Shown here one piece after another: positions 8,642-18,081 of a stretch of DNA of 64,000 nucleotides. Source of the stretch: Planctomycetota bacterium (GTDB taxonomy: Bacteria > Planctomycetota > B15-G4); contig CBDFJQ010000002.1 in assembly GCA_965248575.1 (NCBI GenBank), positions 3,296,001 to 3,360,000 of the forward strand, given 5' to 3'. Below the pieces are notes generated by a model. It worked only from the letters and a program-made list of their open reading frames with translations, made no database searches and was not told the DNA's origin. Positions within the stretch are counted from its first letter, which is position 1. Each line of letters opens with the position of its first letter. Made by a program: the position numbers and the translations under genes.

Positions 8642-10089
8642 GCGCGCTGCTCGCGAGCGTCGCGATCGCGCTCGCCGGACTGTGCGTCGCTGCGCAGGAT
8701 GTTCCCGACACGATCCTGCTCGTGGGCGGGCGCAGCTTCGGCGAGAGCCAACACGTCGCCGACGCCTTGAACGGAATGCTGGCGGCCTCGGGCGTGCTGG
8801 GGCCGAGCCGCGTCGCGCTGCTTCCCGGATGGGAGGCAAACGATGAAGGGCTGTCCGAGCAGTTCGCGAAGGGCCCGACCCCCAGGGCGCTGTTCGTCAT
8901 CGTCGGCAACCTCTCGATCCTGCAGAACATCGACCCCAGCCGGCCGATCCCCACTGCGCCGAAGGAACTCAGCAGCCGCGAGATCGACCTGGCCGCGTTG
9001 GGCCGCCAGCTCGATGAGCTCGTCATGGCAGCCGGACGCATGGACACGCCGCTGGTGTTCGTCACGGCCCCGCTCGGCAAGCAAGGTCGCCTGGAGACTC
9101 CCGAACTCCTGAGCGTCGCGCAGGCCCTGCGAACCCGCAGCCCGCTGCTCGATCTGGCAGCGGACTTTCGGGAGCGAGAGAACCTCGCGCTCTTCGAGAA
9201 TGGGGTGGACAGCTTGAATGCGTGGGGGCGTGAAGCGGCCGCGAGACGGCTGTTCGACGCGCTTTGCAGGGATGAAACACTCGTGCCTGCGCGGACCCAG
9301 GCCGAGCGGGCAGCCCGCGCCTCTCAACGCGCCCTCTCAGCCTGGGCTCAAGCAGACCACGAAGCCTTCGAACGACTCACGGCGGAGGCCCTGGAGTTCG
9401 CCGCAGAGACGCCCAATGAGGCCGGGCGGCATGCAGCCTTGCGAACGGCGCGCGATGGCCTGCGCAACTCCGCGCAACACTGGCTCGCCGTCGGCGAGGG
9501 CACTCGACCCACTCTGGAGGGGTCCGTTCCCGGGCTCGCGGTGGCCCGGTTGTTGTTGGGACCTCCGGAAGCCGCTCTGCACTCGGACGACCCGTTCGAA
9601 CAGCAGTTCCTACACGTCGCTTCACAGCTGGCCGCTGGGCAAACAGGCGCTGCCGCCAGGGCCTCTCGGGAGCAGGTGAGCACGACCCCGCACCGTGTGG
9701 AGTCTTGGATCGCCCTGCAAATCGCCGCCCTGGTCACGGACAGCAATACCCAGGACACCCTGGTCGAGATCGGAGGGCCGTCGCCTGAGGAAGCCCTGGC
9801 CAGCGTGGGCCTCGTGACGTCCGGGCCCCTCTCCCTTGCCCGCCAAGCAGACTTGATCAGCATGGGTTGGCAGGCGGCTGAGCTGCTTCCCGTGACCCTC
9901 ACGGTGGAAGCGCCCTTCCGGCATCTCGAACCCCACGGCCCGGCACAGGCGGCCCTGCATCGCCGCTTCGGGATCAAGATGCGTCACTCCGCGCTCAACC
10001 TTTGGGCTCACGATGTCCGGGGCGCCCTGGTGCCGCCCGCTTGGAAGGACGCACTTGAGCAACTCAGGGGCGGCCGCTCTCCCCGCTGA
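8638..10089 (+). CDS. Secreted hypothetical protein with a degenerate SGNH/GDSL-like N-terminal domain
   Basis: GTG 8638 overlaps the sulfatase TGA (GTGA). Signal peptide VSALLASVAIALAGLCVAA. SGNH-like blocks ILLVGGRS / VIVGNLS / LFENGVDSLNAWGREAAARRL. Confidence 0.6.
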   Translation: MSALLASVAIALAGLCVAAQDVPDTILLVGGRSFGESQHVADALNGMLAASGVLGPSRVALLPGWEANDEGLSEQFAKGPTPRALFVIVGNLSILQNIDPSRPIPTAPKELSSREIDLAALGRQLDELVMAAGRMDTPLVFVTAPLGKQGRLETPELLSVAQALRTRSPLLDLAADFRERENLALFENGVDSLNAWGREAAARRLFDALCRDETLVPARTQAERAARASQRALSAWAQADHEAFERLTAEALEFAAETPNEAGRHAALRTARDGLRNSAQHWLAVGEGTRPTLEGSVPGLAVARLLLGPPEAALHSDDPFEQQFLHVASQLAAGQTGAAARASREQVSTTPHRVESWIALQIAALVTDSNTQDTLVEIGGPSPEEALASVGLVTSGPLSLARQADLISMGWQAAELLPVTLTVEAPFRHLEPHGPAQAALHRRFGIKMRHSALNLWAHDVRGALVPPAWKDALEQLRGGRSPR

Positions 10090-10092
10090 GGG

Positions 10093-11040
10093 TCAGCCGC
10101 CGACCTGGTTCATCTGCACATGACCTATGCCGTCATGCACCTCGGGCTTCACGCGCCGCACGAACTCGAGCGCCTCGCCCACGAGCTCTTCGGTCTGGCC
10201 ACCTCGCAATGCGTCACGGAGCTCCACCTCTCCGCCTTCGAACAGGCAGCTACGCAGCACGCCCGACGCGGTCAAACGCACCCGGTTGCAGGTCTCGCAG
10301 AAAGGCATGGAGATGGCCGAAATGATGCCGACCCGCTGGCCCTGTTCCCCCACTTCGAACATGCGCGCCGGGCCCGAACCACCTGGAACGGGCTTGAGGG
10401 CTCCGACCGATTCCACGGCAGCCTGGATCTTGTCGAGGGGGACGCGCTCCGAGCTGAGGCCGTACTGGTTGCTGGCCAAGGGCATGAACTCGATGAAGCG
10501 CTGTTCGATGCCGCGCTCGCCTGCATAGCGCACCATGTCCGGGATCTCGTCATCGTTCACGCCGCCCATGACCACCGTGTTGATCTTGGTGCGTTGGAAA
10601 CCGACGGCCAGGGCCGCCTCGACGCCTTCGAGGCAGTGCTCCAGCGTCTGGCGCCGGGAGAGCTGCTTGAAGGTCTCCGGTCGCAGGGTGTCCAGGCTGA
10701 TGTTCAGGCGATCCAAGCCCGCATCCCGCAACGCCTGCGCGTGCCGCGTCAAGAGGCTCGCATTGGTGGTCATGACCACCTGGGGCGCCTGAGGCAGCGC
10801 CTTGAGCATGCCGATCAGCAGCGGCAGATCCCGGCGAACCAGCGGCTCCCCGCCCGTCAGCCGGATCTTCTTCACGCCCCGTTCAACGAGCACCCCGGCG
10901 ATCTGCAGGATCTCCTCGAAGGTCAGCAGGTCGTGGCGGTCCAGGAAGAGCTGATCCTCCGGCATGCAGTAACCACAGCGGAGGTTGCAGCGATCCGTGA
11001 CGGAGATCCGCAGATAGGTGATGTCCCGGGCCGGCCCCAT
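10093..11040 (-). CDS. moaA: GTP 3',8-cyclase (molybdenum cofactor biosynthesis)
   Basis: YLRISVTDRCNLRCGYC radical-SAM motif, KIRLTGGEP, RFIEFMP, FCETCNRVRLT...C, C-terminal GG. Start taken at ATG 11040; the ORF is open to 11151. Confidence 0.95.
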   Translation of the reverse strand: MGPARDITYLRISVTDRCNLRCGYCMPEDQLFLDRHDLLTFEEILQIAGVLVERGVKKIRLTGGEPLVRRDLPLLIGMLKALPQAPQVVMTTNASLLTRHAQALRDAGLDRLNISLDTLRPETFKQLSRRQTLEHCLEGVEAALAVGFQRTKINTVVMGGVNDDEIPDMVRYAGERGIEQRFIEFMPLASNQYGLSSERVPLDKIQAAVESVGALKPVPGGSGPARMFEVGEQGQRVGIISAISMPFCETCNRVRLTASGVLRSCLFEGGEVELRDALRGGQTEELVGEALEFVRRVKPEVHDGIGHVQMNQVGG

Positions 11041-11220
11041 GGCAAGGGTGCTGGCAGAAGCATTCGGCAAGGGTTTACGAGTGATCACGGCGATCCCAAC
11101 GGGGCCAGCCAGCCTAGCTTGGAACCCCAGATTCGTTCCACTTCCTCGCAAATGCCGGCCCAGCGAAGCTCCCTGGGGCCCCGCGCTCCTCGAGGATCGG
11201 GGGGGCCTCAGGGAGTCGGC

Positions 11221-12528
11221 TCAGAGGAAGACCCCGAGCTCGTCCAGCAGGCCACGGGTGTTGAGCTTGCCGATCGCCTTCACCTGCATCTGCCGGACCC
11301 GTTCGCGTGAAACACCTATCTCCCGCCCGATTTCATCGAGGGTCATGGTGTCGCCGCCACCGAGTCCGTAGCGCTTGCTGATGATGTCCTGCTCCTGGGT
11401 CGAGAGCAGCCGCTTCATGACGTCCTGAAGGGCGTGGCCCAGGTCCGCCTGCTCCGTGGCCACCATGCCGGACTCCGAATCTTCGGCCTCAAGGACTGCA
11501 GCGAAGGAATCGTTGTCGTCTCCGCCCAGGGGCACATCCAGGGAGAACCAACTGCGGTCCGTCTCCATCAGGCGCGCTGCGCTCTCCGGTGAGACCTGGA
11601 ACAGCTCGGACACCTCCGAAACATCCATGTCCTTGTGGTTGCGGGGAAGCTTCCCCTCGCGCCGGAACCGTCGCATCTTCTGCTGGATGTAGTTGGGGAC
11701 GCGCACGATGCCGCGGTTCGCAGTGATCATCCGCTCCATGCCTTGCTTGATCCAGAGCGTGGCATAGGTCTGGAAGCGCACCTTCTTGCGGAAGTCGAAC
11801 TTCTCCACGGCACGAATCAGGAAGGAGTTGCCCTCCTGGATGAGGTCCATGACGGGCAGCCCATAAGTCCGGTAGTTCGAGGACATGCCGATCACGAGGT
11901 AAAGGTTGCGCTCCACGAAGTGCTGACGCAGTCGTCCGTATTCCCTGACGCTGTTGCGTACCACGGGGTCATGGCTGTCGCAGGGGAAACCGTCGGGAAA
12001 GAGCGCCCGGTCGGTGTCCTCCAAGCCCAGCGAGTCGTCCACGGGATCCGTCAGATCCAGATCGTCCAGGCGGTTCCGCGCGACCACGGAACGCAGTTCG
12101 TCGCAGTTCACTCCTCGATCCAGAATCCTTTCCCGGTCCTCCTCTGGAAGGCCGGAGCGATCCACCACCTGCCGCAGCCGCGCCCGGGCAAACTCAAGCC
12201 GCCGCGCGATGAGTGTTTCTTCAGCGCGGGTCAGCCGGCGCAGGGATCGCACCTGCTGCGCGTAGAGGCGGTAGTCGTCCCCCTGCCACGAGGTGGCCTG
12301 GGCATTGGCGTCGATGTGCTCGAAGAGCACGTCATCAGCTGATGCCGCGTCGATGATGAGGACGCCCTTCAGGGAACGAAGCAGGGACGCCATCTGTTGA
12401 GGCGTCTCGCATGCGTCCACGAGAAGTCTGTCCAAACTGTCATATGCCAGGACACCCGCTTCACGAGCTGCACGCAAGCAGCTGCGCTTCTGGGCGGGAT
12501 CGAAAGGAAGAACATCGGGGGTCTTCAT
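11221..12528 (-). CDS. RNA polymerase sigma-70 family factor (RpoD/RpoS-like, divergent)
   Basis: Region 1.2 DDYRLYAQQVRSLRRLTRAEE; region 2 DLIQEGN..LIRAVEKFD...TYATLWIKQ; region 4 TLDEIGREIGVSRERVRQ. Confidence 0.9.
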   Translation of the reverse strand: MKTPDVLPFDPAQKRSCLRAAREAGVLAYDSLDRLLVDACETPQQMASLLRSLKGVLIIDAASADDVLFEHIDANAQATSWQGDDYRLYAQQVRSLRRLTRAEETLIARRLEFARARLRQVVDRSGLPEEDRERILDRGVNCDELRSVVARNRLDDLDLTDPVDDSLGLEDTDRALFPDGFPCDSHDPVVRNSVREYGRLRQHFVERNLYLVIGMSSNYRTYGLPVMDLIQEGNSFLIRAVEKFDFRKKVRFQTYATLWIKQGMERMITANRGIVRVPNYIQQKMRRFRREGKLPRNHKDMDVSEVSELFQVSPESAARLMETDRSWFSLDVPLGGDDNDSFAAVLEAEDSESGMVATEQADLGHALQDVMKRLLSTQEQDIISKRYGLGGGDTMTLDEIGREIGVSRERVRQMQVKAIGKLNTRGLLDELGVFL

Positions 12529-12949
12529 GGTGATGGCTCTCCGAGGAAGGCTGCCTGATTACGAGAGCTGCTCTGCGGCTGTTGAGAAAAGTCGGCGGTG
12601 TCTCCGTCGCGCCATGGGTCGTTGAACAGACTGCATTCGGGCACCTGCTGTGCCCGTAACAACGCAGGCCTTTGAACGAGATGACGTCGCAAGGCTCTCT
12701 GCCATTGCGCCTTCGCGACGAATCCAACCGACTCTTCGTGGGAAGCCGGCCCTTGGATGCAGGTCAGCTCGAGGAGGTGACCGTCTGATCCTGTGGCTTG
12801 TCTACGTCAGCCCAGCGCGACGCACCCTGCCAGCGTGGTCGGACCAGCTGTGAACGCGCCCGAGAAAGCGACGGTCGTGTCTCAAGATCTCGGCCCGACC
12901 CCAGATCTGACCTTGGGCCTCTGAGCGTCTCTCCACACCTCTCCCTGTC

Positions 12950-12968
12950 CCAAGCCGAGTCGGCTTGG
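12950..12968. terminator. Perfect inverted repeat downstream of the DUF5658-like gene (possible terminator or stabilising hairpin)
   Basis: CCAAGCCGA-G-TCGGCTTGG; no U-tract follows. Confidence 0.3.
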
Positions 12969-13001
12969 CCCACTCCCACAACCCGGACGTCCCAGCCCTT
13001 G

Positions 13002-13454
13002 CTAGAGCGCGCGAATCTGCAAAACCAGGTGGTAGAGGCCCAGCAGGAAGTAGAACGAGAAGCCCACGCCCAACGCGGTGCGGGCGGGCTTGAAGTTCTT
13101 GTGCAGCATGACGAAGAGCAGGCAGACGCCCGAGAGGACGCCCTTCATCACCACGAAGAAGGTGGAGCCCTGGTCGATCATCCACTGAGCGATGGGGTTC
13201 AGCTCCTGCCCGCCCTTGCCCAGGTAGATGAGCGTCGACACGGAGTCGATGACCGTCAGCGAGAAGAACACCAGCAGCAGCATGACCAGCTTGGGGCTGT
13301 AGACGTCGACGTAGACGTCCTCTTTCTCGTCGGTGCGTCGCCCCTGCTTTCGCCGACCACCCAGGAAGGTGTAGCGGGAAATCATGGGTGTGGGCCGCAC
13401 GCGGCGGTCGCCACCCCGGGGCAAGAACTCTGTTGTCTTCGGTTCGGAATTCAT
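13002..13454 (-). CDS. DUF5658-like membrane protein
   Basis: Arg-rich N-terminus (DRR..GRR..GRR..YVDVY), then DSVSTL...GGQELNPIAQWMI...FFVVMK and 3 TM helices. Confidence 0.75.
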   Translation of the reverse strand: MNSEPKTTEFLPRGGDRRVRPTPMISRYTFLGGRRKQGRRTDEKEDVYVDVYSPKLVMLLLVFFSLTVIDSVSTLIYLGKGGQELNPIAQWMIDQGSTFFVVMKGVLSGVCLLFVMLHKNFKPARTALGVGFSFYFLLGLYHLVLQIRAL

Positions 13455-13576
13455 GGTTTTCCGGTTATCGACTGCGGCCTAGGACGGACTTCACGAGATT
13501 CTCAAACCCACCCCAGGGGCACCACCAGGAGCGGTGGGATGGTGCCCGCTGGGAGATCCTATAGACTCCCGAAGCG

Positions 13577-15223
13577 ATGACTCGCCGTCTCCTCGTACCT
13601 GCGCTGATTGCCCTTGCTGCCTGGTGTGCAACCGCCCCAGGCCTCGATGGCTCCTTCGTCTACGACGACGCTCTCTATGTGGTCGAGAACCCCGCGGTCT
13701 CAGGGGACGCCCCGGTCTGGAGTTCGCCCCTGGGGAATCCCAGGCAGGGCCTCTGGAGGCCCCTGACTGTGCTCAGCTTCCGCATGCAGTGGGAGAACGA
13801 GTTCAGCCCGCGAGCCCTGCACGCCGGAAACATCGTGCTGCACGTCCTGGCCAGCCTGCTCGTGCTGCTGCTCGCGCGACGGCTTCAGTTCGGCTCAACG
13901 GCTGCGGCCATCGCGGGGCTGCTCTTTGCGGTGCATCCGGTCCACGCAGAATCCGTGGCCTGGGTGACCGGACGGGCTGAGCTCCTGGCGACGGTCTTCG
14001 TGCTCATCTCCTGGTGCGCGTGGACATCCTCCGGCCGCGGCGCGGTCGCGGTCTCCTTGCTCGCCCTGGCATGCGCTGGGCTCTCCAAGGAGAACGCCTT
14101 CGCGGCACCCGCACTGTTCGTGCTGACCGACCTCGCTCTCAAGCGACGTCCCATGCCCTGGGGCCGGGTGGCGCTCATGGGAGCGACCGTCATCGGGGTG
14201 TTCTCCCTGCGCCTCGTGGCCCTGCCCCAGCTCTTGCCTGCCGATGGGCCGTTCACCGACACGGGCTTCGGAGGACGCCTGGTGGTAGCCCTCAACATCC
14301 TGGGAAGCGCCCTCCGCCTGCTGGTCTGGCCTCACCCGCTCCGGGTGGAATACCAACGGCACGAGTTCCAGCTTGCAGACCCCGCCAACCTGCTCGCCGT
14401 GGCGGCCCTCGCAGTGGTCGTCGTCCTGATCTGGAAGCGACACCGGCCCCTGGCCCTCGCCCTGGTGCTGATTCCCGTCGCCCTGCTCCCTGTCCTGAAT
14501 CTCGTGCCCATCGGAGAGGCCTTCGCTGAGCGTTTCCTCTACTTGCCCTCGGTGGTCTTCTGCCTGGCTGCCGGTGCCACTTTTGGTCTGCGTGCTCGGA
14601 GCGAAGTGGACAGTGGCCATGGGCTGGGCCTGAGCGTCGCCGTGATGGTCGTGCTCGTGGTGATCAGCGTCCCCATGAGCCGTGCGGCGACCCGGGTGTT
14701 CCGCACCGACCTCAGCCTTTGGCGGCACGCCGCCCAAGTTGCCCCCCACCTCCCACTTGCGCGCTACAACCTCGGCCTCTTCCTGGATCGCGCGGGCCAG
14801 CACCTGACGCACGACCGCGGGCAGACGGGCTGCATGGATGAGTTGCGGGCCTCCCTCGAACTCGACCCCTCCCACGTGTACGCAGGCTATGCCCACGAGA
14901 TGCTGGGGACCCATGCGCTCGGGCAGCGAGGCGTCGCAGTGCCTGCCAGCCCCTGGACCGCTGCCGACCACTACCGCAAGGCCATCGTCCTGGCCCCTGG
15001 CTTGTTCGACGCCCGGATCCATCTCGCAACCATCGCCGCCGCAGCCCCCGAAACCGTCGGCGTGGCCGAAGCCTTGGCTGCCCTCGCGCCCATCACCCTC
15101 GATGGGGGCGCCCTGGACGAGCAGGTGCTGGCAGCGCGCGAGCTGGAGCGTCAGCTTGCCGAGTCAGTCTCAACATCGTCGGACTCGAAACTCACGGGCA
15201 CATCGTCCCCGGAAGGGTCGTAA
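13577..15223 (+). CDS. TMTC-like (GT-C fold) membrane glycosyltransferase with C-terminal TPR-like repeats
   Basis: FVYDD..VVENP, WRPLT, H..NIVLH, LLFAVHPVHAESVAWVTGRAELL, SKENA, AERFLYLPS, then LW...ARYNLG TPR-like region. Confidence 0.85.
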   Translation: MTRRLLVPALIALAAWCATAPGLDGSFVYDDALYVVENPAVSGDAPVWSSPLGNPRQGLWRPLTVLSFRMQWENEFSPRALHAGNIVLHVLASLLVLLLARRLQFGSTAAAIAGLLFAVHPVHAESVAWVTGRAELLATVFVLISWCAWTSSGRGAVAVSLLALACAGLSKENAFAAPALFVLTDLALKRRPMPWGRVALMGATVIGVFSLRLVALPQLLPADGPFTDTGFGGRLVVALNILGSALRLLVWPHPLRVEYQRHEFQLADPANLLAVAALAVVVVLIWKRHRPLALALVLIPVALLPVLNLVPIGEAFAERFLYLPSVVFCLAAGATFGLRARSEVDSGHGLGLSVAVMVVLVVISVPMSRAATRVFRTDLSLWRHAAQVAPHLPLARYNLGLFLDRAGQHLTHDRGQTGCMDELRASLELDPSHVYAGYAHEMLGTHALGQRGVAVPASPWTAADHYRKAIVLAPGLFDARIHLATIAAAAPETVGVAEALAALAPITLDGGALDEQVLAARELERQLAESVSTSSDSKLTGTSSPEGS

Positions 15224-15771
15224 CCCACCAGGCCACCGACGAAGTCCCAGATCTCGTAGGGGGTGATCTCGGCTTCGACCCCGATCAACACGAGGTGCAC
15301 ACCGAGGCCCACCGAGCCGCGCCAGCTGTCCAGCTTCCCGTGGGGCGAGACGTAGCCGGCGATCACCTCTCGGTCGATGTGGAGCTTGTTCGAGTCCCGG
15401 CTCGACCAGCCGGGAAACATGAGCTCCCGCGTCGCATCGAACCAGGCGCCGCCATAACGGCCAATGGTCCCCACCATGAAGCAGGGCACGGAGCGCAGGC
15501 TGCTGTCCTCCGGCTTCGGCAACGCCCGCTGGTCGGGGCCCCGCATGACGAAGCCGAGTTGGACGTATTCGGTGGCGCGCACGTAGGCGCTCAAACCGGC
15601 GCCAAAGGCGACCCGAACACCGAACATGTCCATGAAGTCGGCACCCCGGGCTTCCATCCAGCCCATGGGGTCCCGGGGACCAGCAGCCGAAGCGCAGCTG
15701 GTGGCCAGGGTCAGAAGCAGGGCCGCAGCGAAGCCAGCGCGGGCTCTGCGGTCGGTCTTGTGGATCGTCAC
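15151..15771 (-). CDS. Hypothetical lipoprotein
   Basis: GTG 15771 with GGGAG upstream; lipobox LATSC; C-terminal PYEIWDFVGGLVGYDPSGDD. Overlaps the TMTC-like gene tail-to-tail by 73 nt. Confidence 0.7.
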   Translation of the reverse strand: MTIHKTDRRARAGFAAALLLTLATSCASAAGPRDPMGWMEARGADFMDMFGVRVAFGAGLSAYVRATEYVQLGFVMRGPDQRALPKPEDSSLRSVPCFMVGTIGRYGGAWFDATRELMFPGWSSRDSNKLHIDREVIAGYVSPHGKLDSWRGSVGLGVHLVLIGVEAEITPYEIWDFVGGLVGYDPSGDDVPVSFESDDVETDSAS

Positions 15772-15853
15772 GCTCGACTCCCTCAGGGGTCCCCACATGG
15801 TGACAGGCCATCCACCGGCAAAAAAAGGGCTCGTCGGCTGTAGACTCTCCGAC

Positions 15854-16843
15854 GTGACTGACGCGGTGGTCCTCATCGTGAATTTTGAGAGCGGTGATCG
15901 ACTCCACCGATGCCTGGAGTCCGTCTGCGCCCAAGAGCCCCCGGCGAGCCGGGTGCTGGTGATCGACAATGCCTCCACCGATGGGTCGGCAGACGACCTG
16001 CCGGCGGGCGTGGAGCTGATCCGCTGCCCCACGAATGAAGGCTTTGCAGCGGCCCTCCTCGCTGGGCTCGCAGCCAGCCGGGAGCCCTTTGTGTGGACGC
16101 TCAATCCCGATCTTGAGCTCCAGCCAGGCTGCTTCGCCGCCGCCTCGGCGGCCCTCGAGGCGGACCACCGGGCAGGGAGCGTGGCCCCTCGCGTTCTCCA
16201 GCAAAACGCCCCCGAGCGCGTGGACGCCACCGGCATCGGCATCACGTCCCTGCTGGGGCAGATCAACTGCGACCACGATCAGCTGGCGGCCGACCTGGCG
16301 GACGAAGCGCAGGAGGTCTTGGGCCCGCTGGGCGGTGCTGCCCTTTGGCGGCGCGTCGCACTGGAGCGCGCCGGCAACTTCGACCCCCGCTACTTCCTCT
16401 ACTGGGAAGACATGGACATCGCCCTGCGGCTGAACCGCGCCGGCTACGAATGCCGCACGGTGCCACAGGCCGTCGTCCTGCACGAAGGGGGTGGGACCGT
16501 CGGACACCACTCGCCTCGCAATGTGTTCTACATGGTGCGAAACCACTGGCTCTGTCTTGCACGTAGCCTTCCCGGCCCCCTGCTGATGGAACGCGCCCCC
16601 TGGCTGGTGATGGCGCCCATCAGGGCAACGCTGCTCTATGCGCGCCGCGGTCGGCTAGGCAGCGCTCTGCTGGGCCTGATCTGCGGCGCGCTGCTCCTGC
16701 CTTCCGCACTCTGGTCCCGCCGCCAGCTGCCGCGCAGCGGGTCCAGCGACAAGGCCGCCCAGCGGATTCGCCTCCTGATGCAGGCCGCCGACGAAAACAG
16801 ACTGCTCATGCGCCACGCTCGCCACACCAAGGCCAGCCCGTGA
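15854..16843 (+). CDS. Glycosyltransferase family 2
   Basis: LIVNFE, IDNASTDGS, NEGFA, LNPD, FDPRYFLYWEDMDIALRL, VLHEGGGT, RNH. Confidence 0.9.
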   Translation: MTDAVVLIVNFESGDRLHRCLESVCAQEPPASRVLVIDNASTDGSADDLPAGVELIRCPTNEGFAAALLAGLAASREPFVWTLNPDLELQPGCFAAASAALEADHRAGSVAPRVLQQNAPERVDATGIGITSLLGQINCDHDQLAADLADEAQEVLGPLGGAALWRRVALERAGNFDPRYFLYWEDMDIALRLNRAGYECRTVPQAVVLHEGGGTVGHHSPRNVFYMVRNHWLCLARSLPGPLLMERAPWLVMAPIRATLLYARRGRLGSALLGLICGALLLPSALWSRRQLPRSGSSDKAAQRIRLLMQAADENRLLMRHARHTKASP

Positions 16844-18081
16844 GATTCCTCTCGCTCGCCACCTTTGCTCACCCGGAATACTTTGGGGGCGCTGAGCGCG
16901 TCGTGTCCGTCGTGGCGACAGGCCTCGCTGCCCGAGGCCACGATGTCACGCTGCTCACGGGGCACGGCGAGAACACGCCCGACGACGAGCTGCGCGACGG
17001 GGTGCGGGTCCTGCGCTACCCCTTCCAGTCCGGAAGCCCGCCCAGCTTCTACCGCTCGGTGTGGACCGGGGTTCGCAAGGCCCTGGCCCAGGGCGCGGGG
17101 CGCGATGCCCAGGTGTTGCACCTGCATCAGCCGCTCTCGGCTCTGGCGGCGATCTCGCCAGGAAGCCCCTGCAAACTGCCTCGCCTGTACAGTTTCTACG
17201 CGCCGTATCACCTCGAGTACCTCGCCCGCTACAGACAGGGCAGGGACAGCGGAAACGCTCCCTGGCCCCAGCGCGCGGTCGGCGGGATCTTCCGCAAAGC
17301 TGACCGTTATCTGCTCACTCGCAGCGAGGAAGTCGTGGCCCTCTCGGCATTTTCCCGGGAACAGATTGCCAGCTTGGCGCCTGAGGTGGCGGCACGCACG
17401 ACCATCGCGCCGGCGGGCGTGGACCTCGCACGCTTCTCGCCGGCCTCGGACGACGCACACCAACGAGCCTGCCAGCAGAAGCTCGGACTGAGCTCGAGTG
17501 CCGGCTCGGCGCCGGGCGGCGCCGAGCCCCCTTGGCTGCTGACGGTTCGGCGCCTCGTCCCGCGCATGGGTATCGAGGATCTGCTCGAAGCCTGCGCCCG
17601 GCTCCAGGGCCGAGGCCTGCCCTTCCGCCTGGCCATCGCCGGGGACGGTCACCATCGCCCCGCCTTGGAGACCCAGTGCGCCGCGTTGGGCTTGGGAGAC
17701 CGGGTGCGATTCCTGGGCCGCGTGCCGGACGAAGACCTGGCCGACCTCTACCGCGCCGCCGACATCTTCGTCTTGCCGACTCGATCTCTCGAAGGCTTCG
17801 GCATGGTCACCGCGGAAGCCCTCGCCTCCGGCTTGGCCGTGGTAGGTACCGATGCGGGAGCAACGGGTGAACTCTTGTCCCGGGCTCCTGGAGCGCAACT
17901 CGTGCCTGCCCTGTCGCCGGAGCACATGGCGAAGGCGCTGGAGCACTTGCTCACGAGCGAAGACCTGCGGCGCAGCGCGAGGCGCTCGGCCCGTGCCCAT
18001 GCCGAGCAGCACCTCAGCTGGGAGGGTCACCTGGATGCCCTGGAGCAGGCGTCCGAACGGCTGTTGAGGAATGCACGATGA
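16840..18081 (+). CDS. Glycosyltransferase family 4
   Basis: GGAERVV, GHDV, GVDLARF, VRRLVPRMG, EGFGMVTAEALASG. Confidence 0.92.
   Translation: MRFLSLATFAHPEYFGGAERVVSVVATGLAARGHDVTLLTGHGENTPDDELRDGVRVLRYPFQSGSPPSFYRSVWTGVRKALAQGAGRDAQVLHLHQPLSALAAISPGSPCKLPRLYSFYAPYHLEYLARYRQGRDSGNAPWPQRAVGGIFRKADRYLLTRSEEVVALSAFSREQIASLAPEVAARTTIAPAGVDLARFSPASDDAHQRACQQKLGLSSSAGSAPGGAEPPWLLTVRRLVPRMGIEDLLEACARLQGRGLPFRLAIAGDGHHRPALETQCAALGLGDRVRFLGRVPDEDLADLYRAADIFVLPTRSLEGFGMVTAEALASGLAVVGTDAGATGELLSRAPGAQLVPALSPEHMAKALEHLLTSEDLRRSARRSARAHAEQHLSWEGHLDALEQASERLLRNAR

Noticed and set aside
12689..12704. Sigma-54-like TGGCA...TTGC upstream of the sigma gene (minus strand)
   Set aside because: Spacing is GG-N11-GC; sigma-54 promoters require N10.
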